Shown one piece after another: positions 8,485 to 17,532 of a stretch of 64,000 bases of DNA. The notes under the pieces were generated by a model. It saw only the letters and a list, made by a program, of their open reading frames with translations, did not search any database and was not told the origin of the DNA. Made by a program: the position numbers and the translations under genes. The DNA lies in the NCBI GenBank assembly GCA_963719225.1, contig CAVRAY010000002.1, positions 768,001-832,000 on the forward strand, given 5' to 3'. The first letter of the stretch is position 1. Every line of letters starts with the position of its first letter. This DNA is from Thermoanaerobaculia bacterium. GTDB lineage: Bacteria > Acidobacteriota > Thermoanaerobaculia > UBA5066.

Positions 8485-10264
8485 ATGGCGATCCATTTCC
8501 GGTGTACGGCTCGAGGTGTCTTCGTGCGAGGGCTCGTCCTTTTCGGGGCGCTTGCCTTCGGCGGGCCTCTCGCGGCCGTGCACACGGAAGAGGCCATCCC
8601 GGCAGGAGCGCCGGGCAAGGTCGTCGACGTCCCCGGCCGCGGTGAGGGGGAGCTCCTGCGCCTCGACGACCGTCTCGTGCCCGCGCTCCTCGCGCTCGCT
8701 CCCGAGGAGGCGGCCGCCGTCGCGGACTGGCCGGTCGCTCCCGGCGTCCGCCGGGCCGTCCGCCTCGTCCGCCACGACGTCTGGGCGCAGGACGCGAAGG
8801 TCTTCCGCGTGGACTCGGGCGTACGCACGGAGATCCCGCGCCCGACCTCTCGTCTTCTTCTGGGGGAGCGACACCGAAGGTGGAGGAAGCCGCGTCCTCG
8901 TCTCGGTGGACGCGCGGACGCGGACGCTGACGGCGCTCGTCCACGGTCCCGACGGCGTGCGCGAGATCGCGCGCGACGCGTCGGACGCCGCGGGCCGGCT
9001 CCTTCTCGCGTCGCCGGCGCGCCCCGACTTCGCGAACGTGACGTGCGGGCAGGAGGACTTCCCCGACACGGCCTGGCTGCCGAACGCTTCGGCGGGTCTC
9101 GCGGGAGCCGGGCGGGGCGCTCTCGTCCTCGGCTCGCTCTACAAGGCCGTCCTCGCGATCGACACGGACACGGAGTACCTTCTGTCGTTCTCCAACAACA
9201 CGACCGCGACGACGAACTACATCGCGACCCTCGTCGCGAACATCAACGTCATGTACGAGCGGGACCTGAACCTGAGGCTCGTCATCGGGACGACGTTCCT
9301 CAGGACGGGCTCGGACCCGTGGACGGTGACGGGCTCTCCGGCCAGTGGGAGCCATCTGAGACAGTTTAGGGACTACTGGAACACGAATTACCCGAAGGCC
9401 GCGTATCCGCGCTCGTTTGCGGCGCTCTTCTCGGGGAAGAGCCCGGGCGGCTATATCTCGGGCGTCGCGTACGTCGCGAGCTCCGTCTGCGGAGGCACGA
9501 GCGACTACAGCTTCAACGAAATCTCCGCGCACGGGAACTGGGTCTGGGGCGACACTCTGATCGTCGGCCACGAGATCGGGCACAACATGGGCTCGCCTCA
9601 TACGCACTGCTATCCTGACCCCGCGCCCGACCGTTGCTACGCCTTGGAGGGCTGCTACTCGGGGCCGACGTCCTGCCCGGCCGCGCAGACGATCAACGGC
9701 ATGACGAACGTGACGGGGACGATCATGAGCTACTGCCACCGTCCAATATCAGCGGCTGTGGCTCGTCGTTGGTCTTCCACCCGACGTCCGTGAGCGCATA
9801 CATCGGCCTCGGCCGCTCACCAAGGGTGCTTCTGCCGGTTGCATCGCGATCGTCGTCCCTCCTCCTCCTCCTCCTCCTCCCGTCTCCGCCGCGACGACGT
9901 TCCACCCGCTCACGCCGTGCCGGCTCCTCGACACGCGCAACCCGACCGGGCCGCTCGGCGGGCCGTCGCTCGGCGCGCGCTCCTGCGCCCGTTCGTCGCA
10001 TCAGGCACGTGCAGTGTCCCGGCCGGCGCCGTCGCGATCTCCGCGAACGTCACGGCCGTGAACCCCGCGGCGACCGGAGACCTCGTCGTCTACCCGAACG
10101 GAATCGCGTCCCCTCCGGCCTCCTCGTCGCTGAGCTTCCGCGCGGGGCGCACGCGCGCGAACAACACGATCGTCTACGTCGCCTCGGACGGCAGCCTCCT
10201 CGTGAAGAACAAGGCCGCCGGCTCCCTCGACCTCCTCATCGACGTCAACGGCTACTACAAGTGA
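8485..10264 (+). CDS. Secreted M12/reprolysin-like metzincin protease with shared C-terminal domain (about 4 apparent frameshifts)
   Basis: Signal peptide; LAIDTDTEY, NVMYERDL, HEIGHNMGSPH, Met-turn TIMSYCH; (CCT)7 poly-Pro linker; C-terminal PCRLLDTR...DVNGYYK. Pieces lie in several frames. Confidence 0.8.
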
Positions 10265-11949
10265 GACCCGGGGTCGGCGCGGCCGCCTTCGTCCTGCTCG
10301 GAGGGCTTGGTGCGGGAACCGCGGCCGCGACGACGTACCTCCCGATCACGGACACCGAGCTCATCCAGCGTTCGGCGGTCGTCGTGCGCGGAACGGTGGC
10401 GGATGCGCGCGTCGAAGAGGGCGCGGCGGGTTTCGTCACCGTCTACCGTTTTCGCGTGGCCGACACGTGGAAGGGGGGCTCGGCGCCCGAGATCGAGATC
10501 CTCGTCCCGGGCGGGACGGACGGAACGCGGGGGACCGCCTTCTGGGGGATGCCGGAGTTCCGGCCGGGAGACGAGGAAGTCCTCTTCCTCAACGCGGGCT
10601 TCGACGGGCGCTTCCGCGTCAGCGAGCTTCTGCTCGGCGCGTTCGAGGTGGTGGAGGACGCGGCCGGCAAGCGATTCGCGATGCGGACTCGCCTCGCGCT
10701 CGGCGACGTCGGCTATGCGCGCTCCGGCCGCGGCAGCGGCGAGACCTCCGACGAAGCCGAGCCCGTGCGTGAGCTCGGTGCCTTCCGCGCCGTCGTGCGC
10801 GCTCCCGCTTCGTTCGCGGCGCGCGCGCAGCTCGTCGAGGCAAGCCGCTCCGTGACCGGGACGCTGCTCCCGCGCGCGCACGGACGGCGCACTCCAAACT
10901 GGGTCCTCATCAATCCGCCGGTTCCGATGCGTTTCAACTGGAGCCCCGGAGGGCAGGCCGCCGCGTCCATCGGGTATACGCCCGGCGGCCAGTCGAATCT
11001 GAGCGACGGCTCCAACGGCGTCTCGCACATCGTGACGGCCGTGAGCTCCTGGTCGGGCGTCTCCGGCGCCGACATTCGCCTCGGGGCGCCGGCGTCCGGC
11101 ACGTCCGGAGTCGCGATCACCGTCAACCTGAACGTGGCGGCCGATCCCTACGGCTCCTGGACGACGCCCCTCTGCGGCGGCGGCGTCCTCGGTGTCGCGA
11201 GCTCGCACTATTCCGGGACGCACGCGTGGGCGGGCGGGACGTGGTACACGGCGGTCTCGGGCGGCGTCTGGATTCGCGCGTACTCGTGCTCGACCGCCGC
11301 GTCCACGTTCGTGAACGTGCTCGCGCACGAGCTCGGGCACGTGATCGGGTTCGGGCATTCCGACCAGGCGGTCGACGCGCGCGACACGGACACCACGAAC
11401 AACTGCCTCGCGACCATGAAGTCCTGTCTCGGCCCGTGCGGCCAGGCCCCGTGCAACAACGTCAACAATCTCCGGTTCCCGTTCGCGCTGGGAGCGGACG
11501 ACGCGGAAGTCGCGAGGTTCGTCTACCAGGCAGCGGGTCCGCCGCCGCCGCCGCCCCCTCCGCCCGTCTCGGCGGCGACGAGCTTCTACCCGCTCACGCC
11601 GTGCCGGGTCCTCGACACGAGGAACGCCGCGGGCCCGCTCGGCGGTCCGTCGTTGAGCGGCGGAAGCCTGCGCTCGTTCGTCGCGACCAGCGCCTGCGGG
11701 GTCCCCGCCGGCGTCGTCGCGATTTCCGCGAACGCGACGGCCGTGAGCCCGGCCGCGACCGGCGACCTCGTCCTCTATCCGAACGGGATCGCGTCGCCCC
11801 CGGCGACCTCGACGCTGAGCTTCCGCGCCGGGCGCACGCGGGCGAACAACACGATCGTCTCCGTCGCCTCGGACGGCAGCTTCCTCGTGAAGAACAACGG
11901 GGGTGGAAGCCTGGACTTCGTCCTCGACGTCAACGGCTACTACAAGTGA
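10261..11949 (+). CDS. Secreted matrixin (M10)-like metalloprotease with N-terminal OB/TIMP-like domain and shared C-terminal domain
   Basis: GTG overlapping upstream TGA; signal peptide; HELGHVIGFGHS, ATM Met-turn, LGADD; poly-Pro; PCRVLDTR...DVNGYYK. Confidence 0.82.
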   Translation: MRPGVGAAAFVLLGGLGAGTAAATTYLPITDTELIQRSAVVVRGTVADARVEEGAAGFVTVYRFRVADTWKGGSAPEIEILVPGGTDGTRGTAFWGMPEFRPGDEEVLFLNAGFDGRFRVSELLLGAFEVVEDAAGKRFAMRTRLALGDVGYARSGRGSGETSDEAEPVRELGAFRAVVRAPASFAARAQLVEASRSVTGTLLPRAHGRRTPNWVLINPPVPMRFNWSPGGQAAASIGYTPGGQSNLSDGSNGVSHIVTAVSSWSGVSGADIRLGAPASGTSGVAITVNLNVAADPYGSWTTPLCGGGVLGVASSHYSGTHAWAGGTWYTAVSGGVWIRAYSCSTAASTFVNVLAHELGHVIGFGHSDQAVDARDTDTTNNCLATMKSCLGPCGQAPCNNVNNLRFPFALGADDAEVARFVYQAAGPPPPPPPPPVSAATSFYPLTPCRVLDTRNAAGPLGGPSLSGGSLRSFVATSACGVPAGVVAISANATAVSPAATGDLVLYPNGIASPPATSTLSFRAGRTRANNTIVSVASDGSFLVKNNGGGSLDFVLDVNGYYK

Positions 11950-13346
11950 GCGCCGGCGCCCGTGCCGCCTTCCTCGGCCTCCTCGCGGCGGCGCTCGCCG
12001 CGCCGCTCGCGGGCCAGCCGGTCGAGGGCGGGCCGCTCCCGGGACCGCTGCCGCTTTTCCCGGCGGACAACTGGTGGAACGTGGACGTGAGCGCCGCGCC
12101 CGTCGACCCGGCGAGCGCGGCGTTCATCGCGTGGATCGGCGCGGCGAAGGGGATGCATCCCGACTTCGGAGGCGACGCCGGAGCCCCCGCGATTTACGGG
12201 ATGCCGTACGCCGTCGTGCCCGGCACGCAGCCGCTCGAGTCCGTGGCCTTCGACTACGCGTCCGAGAGTGATACGGGCGCGCCGGGGAGGCCTGCGGGCT
12301 ATCCGATTCCGGTGGAGGCGAAGACGCAGTCCCACTGGATCGAGGGAGGCTATCCGGGAAACTGCGATTCCGCCCCGAAGACCTCCCCGTGCCGCGGCGA
12401 CAAGCACATGCTCGTCGTGGACGCGGACCGCCGGCTCCTCTTCGAGACGTGGAACACGCGCTGCCTGCCCGCGGGTTCGGCGTCGTGCGCCTGGCGCGCG
12501 GGCTCCGGGGCCGTCTTCTCCCTCGATTCGAACGCGCGGAGGCCCGCGGGCTGGACGAGCGCGGATGCCGCGGGTCTCGCGATCCTCCCCGGGCTCGTCC
12601 GGTACGACGAGGCGTACGGCGCGCAGCCCATCCGCCACGCGTTCCGGTTCACGGTCCGCGACACGAACGGCTACGTCTTCCCGGCCTCGCACGTCGCAGG
12701 CTCGAACGCGAGCGCGCCCCCGATGGGCGCGCGCCTGAGGCTCAAGGCGTCGAAGGACATCTCGGGGTTCACGGCGCCGCTCCAGCGCATCTTCCAGGCG
12801 ATGAAGACGTACGGTCTCATCGTCGCGGACAACGGCTCGGACATGTACGTGCAGGGCACCTACGACGCGCGCTGGGACAACGACGTCCTGAACCCGGCGT
12901 TCGCCGCGATCCACGCGGGCGACTTCGAGGTCGTCCAGCTCGGCTGGCAACCGTCCGCTCCGCCCGTCGCGACGACGTTCCGCGTCGTCGCCCCGTGCCG
13001 CATCCTCGACACGCGTGTTCCCGGGCTGCCGGCGTCCGGGCGCCTCGCCGCGGGAACGCAGAAGTCGTTCGTACTCGCGGGTGCCTGCGGCGTCCCCGCG
13101 GCGGCCGTCGCCCTGTCGGCGAACGTGACCGTCGTCGCGCCCTCCGGCGCGGGCGACGTCGTCGTCTTTCCCGCGGGGACCGGCGCCCCGGGAGCCTCGA
13201 CGGTCAGCTTTCCCGCCGGGCGCACGCGGGCGAACAACGCCCAGATCCTGTTGTCGTCGGACGGCACGGGGCGTGCAACGGTGAGAAACAACGCCGCTGG
13301 CGCGTTCGATCTCGTCATCGACGTCAACGGGTACTACTACGAGTAG
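11946..13346 (+). CDS. Secreted protein of unknown function with shared C-terminal domain
   Basis: GTG overlap; signal peptide; conserved-looking core FPADNWWN...GDKH...TSADAAGL.ILPGLVRYDE...HAFRFT...YGLIVADNGS; PCRILDTR...DVNGYYYE. Confidence 0.8.
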   Translation: MSAGARAAFLGLLAAALAAPLAGQPVEGGPLPGPLPLFPADNWWNVDVSAAPVDPASAAFIAWIGAAKGMHPDFGGDAGAPAIYGMPYAVVPGTQPLESVAFDYASESDTGAPGRPAGYPIPVEAKTQSHWIEGGYPGNCDSAPKTSPCRGDKHMLVVDADRRLLFETWNTRCLPAGSASCAWRAGSGAVFSLDSNARRPAGWTSADAAGLAILPGLVRYDEAYGAQPIRHAFRFTVRDTNGYVFPASHVAGSNASAPPMGARLRLKASKDISGFTAPLQRIFQAMKTYGLIVADNGSDMYVQGTYDARWDNDVLNPAFAAIHAGDFEVVQLGWQPSAPPVATTFRVVAPCRILDTRVPGLPASGRLAAGTQKSFVLAGACGVPAAAVALSANVTVVAPSGAGDVVVFPAGTGAPGASTVSFPAGRTRANNAQILLSSDGTGRATVRNNAAGAFDLVIDVNGYYYE

Positions 13347-13380
13347 CCGCCCGCCCTTTCCCGACGCTAGACTCGATCGG

Positions 13381-14880
13381 GTGCCGTCGAAAAGGAGAGC
13401 GTCGAGAGTCGCGGAGACGGTGGAGGCTCCGGTCCGCGACAACGGGCCCGGGCGGGGCGACCTCGCCGCCGCGCTCGCGCTTGCAGCAATCATCGGATTC
13501 GTCTTCCGCGGCGGGCTCGCGAACGGGCTCGTCGGCGACGACTTCAGCCTCATCAATTACTGCCGGCTGGACGGGCTCGCGGCGGTCCTCCGGGATTTCG
13601 ACCCCGTCCGCGAGGTCTGGTATTACCGCCCGCTCACGAAGATCGTGTTCGGTTTCGCGTACGCGCTCTGGGGAACGGCCCCGTGGCCCTATCACGTCGT
13701 GAGTCTCCTCGCGCATGCCGTCGCGTCGGCGCTCGTCTATTTCGTCGCCCGACGCGCGGGAGCGTCCCCGATCCCGGCCTTCGTGGGAACGCTCCTCTTC
13801 GCCGTTCATTTCCGCAACCACGAGAGCGTGTTCTGGTTCAGCGCGATTTCGTATCCGCTCTCGACGTGCTTCGGGCTCGCGTCCGCGCTCCTGTTCCGGG
13901 CGAGCCTCGAGGAGCCCCGCCGCGGCCTGCTCGCGGGATCGCTCCTCGCATCCTTCGCCGCGATGCTCACGAAGGACACGGCCGCGGTCGTCCCCGTGCT
14001 CGCCGCGCTCTACGGGCTCCTCTTCGCCGGCGGAGGGTTCGCGCGCGCGACGCGCCGCGTCAGGCTCCGGAGCCTCGTGCCCCTCGGCCTCGTGCTGCTC
14101 CTCGGGGTCGCCCTGCAGGCCGTCCCCGTCGAGGGCAGGCCGTTCGCGCGCGGCGGCGCCGCCTTCTCGCCGAAGGGCGCGCACGCCTCGCTCGATTTCG
14201 TCGAGCGCTCCGCCGCGCTCGCGGTGCCCGGCCTCGAGTCCCTCTCCGAGGCGCCGCGGCAGGCGCTGGCGCTGGCCGCCGCGCTGGGCCTCGCCGCTTA
14301 CGCGGTCGTGCGGCGGAGCCGGCTCGCGCTCTTCGGCCTCGCCTGGGTCGTGCTCGCGCACCTCCCGTTCTACGCGTTCGTCCCGCGGATGGGAGACCTC
14401 TACCTGTACCTTCCGCTCGCCGGCGTCGCTCTGATCGCGGTCGACGCGGCGGAGCTCTCCCTGTCGCGCGTCGGGAGCGCGCTTCCGCGCGCTGCGGCCG
14501 CCCTTGCCGTGGGGACGCTCCTCGTCTGGTCCGCCGCGCGCATCGACGCGCAGGCTCTTCGCTGGAGGGCGGCGGGCGACGTCGTCAACGGCGTCGTCTC
14601 GGCCGTGAAGGAGGCCCGCCCGTCTCTCCCGCGCGGCGCGACGCTCGTCCTCGAGGGACTGCCCGACCGCGTCGGCGGCGTCTATGCGTTCAACAACGCC
14701 GTGCCCGCGGTCTTCTGGCTCGCGTATGCGGACCGGACGCTCGACATCGTCCGGCCGGAGCCCGGCGGTGGGCCCGGGGATCCCGCCGCTCCGCATTTCC
14801 TGTACGACGGCGGACGTTTCTACGAGGTCGACGGGCTCGGCCGCCGCCGGCTCCTCCGGCAGTTCGACGAGCCGGACTGA
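13381..14880 (+). CDS. GT-C-fold multi-TM glycosyltransferase (TMTC/PMT-like)
   Basis: TM1 followed by GDD...YYRPL loop, YHVVSLLAH, H.ESVFW, LTKD; about 11 TM segments. Confidence 0.7.
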   Translation: MPSKRRASRVAETVEAPVRDNGPGRGDLAAALALAAIIGFVFRGGLANGLVGDDFSLINYCRLDGLAAVLRDFDPVREVWYYRPLTKIVFGFAYALWGTAPWPYHVVSLLAHAVASALVYFVARRAGASPIPAFVGTLLFAVHFRNHESVFWFSAISYPLSTCFGLASALLFRASLEEPRRGLLAGSLLASFAAMLTKDTAAVVPVLAALYGLLFAGGGFARATRRVRLRSLVPLGLVLLLGVALQAVPVEGRPFARGGAAFSPKGAHASLDFVERSAALAVPGLESLSEAPRQALALAAALGLAAYAVVRRSRLALFGLAWVVLAHLPFYAFVPRMGDLYLYLPLAGVALIAVDAAELSLSRVGSALPRAAAALAVGTLLVWSAARIDAQALRWRAAGDVVNGVVSAVKEARPSLPRGATLVLEGLPDRVGGVYAFNNAVPAVFWLAYADRTLDIVRPEPGGGPGDPAAPHFLYDGGRFYEVDGLGRRRLLRQFDEPD

Positions 14881-14990
14881 AGGCGATGGAAAGAGCGCGC
14901 GGGGATTCGTCACTCCGGGTCGCGGCGGCACGGCCCGTGCTTTTCGGGACGAGGAATACGGGGGCCGGGCCGTGCCCGGGCGATGGAGGC

Positions 14991-16919
14991 ATGAAGACGT
15001 CCAATAAGTGTCGGTTTGCGCTCCTCGCTCTCGCCGCGCTTTGTCCGTGGCAGGCGCGGGTGTCGGAAGCCGCGTGCACGCCCGGAGGGCAGCCCTGTGT
15101 CCCCCCCGGAGCCGCAAAAACGAGTTTCCCTAAGACGGTCCCTGGACCTGGACCGACGAACATGGGAAGCACGCACGGAAAGCCGGTGATCGCGGACCTG
15201 CTGCTCACGCCCGGGCACAAGTCGGTCGTGTTCGGCAACTTCGGCGGCCAGCTCTGGGTCGTGACCACGAACGGCACGACCAGCGCCGGCATCCTCGTGG
15301 ACACGCTGCCCGCGGACGTCTACTCGACGCCGGCGATCGGCGACCTCGACGGCGACGGCCTCCCGGACATCGTCGCGGGCTACGGGTCGCTCTACGACAC
15401 GTCCAAGCCGGGCGGCTTCCGCGCTTACAAGAACCACGGGCCCGGAGCGAACCCCGTCTTCACGCAAATGTGGGATCGCCCCTCGATCGATCGCGCGCCG
15501 CCGACCGGAGTGCTCGACCCCGTCATGTCGAGCCCGGCGATCGGCGACGTGGACGGCGACGGCATCGTGGAGGTCGCCGTCGCGGGACTCGACGAGCGCA
15601 TCCACCTCGTCGACGGCCGCAACGGGAACGAGAAGCCGGGCTGGCCGTATGAGAACCAGGACACGGTCTTCTCGTCGCCCGCGCTCTTCGACCTCGACGG
15701 GGACGGGAAACTCGAGATCATCATCGGAGCGGACGACTTCCAGAACAACGGTGGGCACATCCTTGCCTTGCGCCCCGACAAGACCGAGCTTCCCGGATTC
15801 CCGATCCACACGGACCAGGCGATGTCCAGCTCGCCCGCGATCGGCGACATCGACGGCGACGGGAAGCCGGAGATCGTGATCGGCACCGGACACTTCTTCC
15901 CCGGGCGCGCCCACAAGGTCTACGCCTACCACTGCGACGGCACGCCGTTGCTCGGCTGGCCCGTGAGCGTGGACGGGGAGGTCGTGACGGCACCGGCACT
16001 CGGCGACCTCGACGGCGACGGCATCCCGGACGTCGTCGTCACCGACGACAACTCCGGCCCGAGCGGGACGTACCACGTCTACGCGTTCAAGGGGAACGGC
16101 AATCCGGTCCCGGGCTGGGCCGGCGGGCGCCAGCCGAAGGACTTCTTCGCCCAGTCGCTCGGCGTGGGCGATCCCGTCATCGCGGACATCCTGAACGGAC
16201 CCGAAGCCGAGGTCCTCGTCCCGACGAACGGCGAGATCTGCGTCTTCTCGAACACGGGGGTCCAGCTGACGGACAACGGGAACCATGTCACGGGAACGTT
16301 CACTTTCAACGTCGGTGGAACCGTCGGGGGCGTCGCCGTGGGCGACCTCGACAACAACGGCGCCGCGGTCACCGTCGTCGCGATCTCGGGCACGCCGTTT
16401 TCGGCGTATCCAAATTCGCAGGTCTACGCGTGGAACACGGGGAAGGCCGTGGGCGCCCTGCCATGGCCGCAGTTCCGCCACGACGCCCCGCACAGCGGCG
16501 TCGTGCCCGGGTCCCCAACGTGCACCCCCCGACCCGTCGTCGCAACGAAGTTCCACGCCCTCAATCCCTGCCGCGTCCTCGACACGCGACAACCCGGTTT
16601 TCCGGCGGGTCTCGGAACGCCGGTGCTCGCCGCGAGCGGCGTGAGGGTGTTCACGATCGCGAACGTCTGCGGGATCCCGCCGGGCGCCGTCTCCATCTCG
16701 GCGAACCTCACCGTCACAAACGTCACGGCGGGCGGGGAGCTCGTTGTGTACCCGTCCGATGTCGCCCGGCCGGGCACCTCGTCCCTGAGCTTTCACGCCT
16801 TCAGGACCCGCGCGAACAATGCGATCCTGTACCTCTCGACCGCTTCTATGTTCTCTGTTTTCAACAATTCGGCGGGATCGGTCGATTTCGTACTTGACGT
16901 CAACGGGTACTTCCAATGA
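14991..16919 (+). CDS. Secreted FG-GAP/VCBS-repeat beta-propeller protein with shared C-terminal domain
   Basis: Signal peptide; up to ~8 repeats (some degenerate) of the type SPAIGD(L/V/I)DGDG.P(D/E)IV; WPQFRHD; PCRVLDTR...DVNGYFQ. Confidence 0.85.
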   Translation: MKTSNKCRFALLALAALCPWQARVSEAACTPGGQPCVPPGAAKTSFPKTVPGPGPTNMGSTHGKPVIADLLLTPGHKSVVFGNFGGQLWVVTTNGTTSAGILVDTLPADVYSTPAIGDLDGDGLPDIVAGYGSLYDTSKPGGFRAYKNHGPGANPVFTQMWDRPSIDRAPPTGVLDPVMSSPAIGDVDGDGIVEVAVAGLDERIHLVDGRNGNEKPGWPYENQDTVFSSPALFDLDGDGKLEIIIGADDFQNNGGHILALRPDKTELPGFPIHTDQAMSSSPAIGDIDGDGKPEIVIGTGHFFPGRAHKVYAYHCDGTPLLGWPVSVDGEVVTAPALGDLDGDGIPDVVVTDDNSGPSGTYHVYAFKGNGNPVPGWAGGRQPKDFFAQSLGVGDPVIADILNGPEAEVLVPTNGEICVFSNTGVQLTDNGNHVTGTFTFNVGGTVGGVAVGDLDNNGAAVTVVAISGTPFSAYPNSQVYAWNTGKAVGALPWPQFRHDAPHSGVVPGSPTCTPRPVVATKFHALNPCRVLDTRQPGFPAGLGTPVLAASGVRVFTIANVCGIPPGAVSISANLTVTNVTAGGELVVYPSDVARPGTSSLSFHAFRTRANNAILYLSTASMFSVFNNSAGSVDFVLDVNGYFQ

Positions 16920-17004
16920 GGATGCGTGGGGTACCGTCACTACCGGGTGAAATCGTCGGCACAGAGTCCGCGTCTCATCCATGCAAATTCGCAGGAGGCA
17001 GGTC

Positions 17005-17469
17005 ATGAGTCAGTTCCCGACCAAGAGCGCGCTTTTTATCGCTGCGGGCTTCGTCGTTGCCGGCGCGTTCGCCAATCGGGCGCAGGCGCAGACGGGCCTC
17101 CAGTTCTACGCGGTCACCCCGTGCCGCGCCGCGGACACGCGGACCGGCTTCGGCGGGATCCTTCCTGCCTCGACCTTGCGCAACTTTACGATCAAGACCG
17201 TGTGCGGCGTGCCGGCCACCGCCAAGGCCGTCGCGATCAACGTGACGGTCGTGACGCCGAATGCCGACGGCTTTTTCTTCGTCTGGCCGGCCGGCGGCGC
17301 GGTTCCCCCGGTCTCCACGATCAACTTCAACGCCGGCGAGCCCGCCATCGCGAACGGAGCGATCGTGCCCCTCGCCGTGGGGACCCCGGATCTCTCGGGC
17401 GCGTACGGCACCGCGAGCGGTTCCGGCACGGCGCACGTCGTCCTCGACGTAACCGGCTATTTCCAGTAA
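17005..17469 (+). CDS. Small secreted protein consisting only of the shared domain
   Basis: AGGAGG RBS; signal peptide ending AQA; FYAVTPCRAADTR...CGVP...NVT...INF...ANGAIV...DVTGYFQ. Confidence 0.88.
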   Translation: MSQFPTKSALFIAAGFVVAGAFANRAQAQTGLQFYAVTPCRAADTRTGFGGILPASTLRNFTIKTVCGVPATAKAVAINVTVVTPNADGFFFVWPAGGAVPPVSTINFNAGEPAIANGAIVPLAVGTPDLSGAYGTASGSGTAHVVLDVTGYFQ

Positions 17470-17492
17470 GGCACCGGTCGACCGAGCGGGCT

Positions 17493-17514
17493 CCCGGGGG
17501 CACGGCTCCCCGGG
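17493..17514 (+). other. GC-rich hairpin after the stand-alone domain gene (mRNA stabiliser or attenuator candidate)
   Basis: CCCGGGG...CCCCGGG stem, no U-tract. Confidence 0.35.
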
Positions 17515-17532
17515 CGGCCTGACTCTCTGAGC

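Larger units (their letters stand above)
9900..17469 (+). repeat. Five dispersed copies of a ~121-aa C-terminal domain (9900-10264, 11584-11949, 12978-13346, 16551-16919, 17104-17469)
   Basis: Same motif order in all copies; Phe-to-stop lengths 365, 366, 369, 369 and 366 nt. Confidence 0.93.

Noticed and set aside
8485-10264. Programmed frameshifting or phase variation at the (CCT)7 tract
   Set aside because: Triplet repeat changes keep the frame; the shifts lie elsewhere and match the window-wide indel pattern (domain copy 1 is exactly 1 nt short of copy 2)
15270-16360. Recurring GGCGACCTCGACGGCGACGG-like repeats as a CRISPR or DNA repeat array
   Set aside because: In-frame FG-GAP calcium-binding motifs with synonymous variation and irregular spacing
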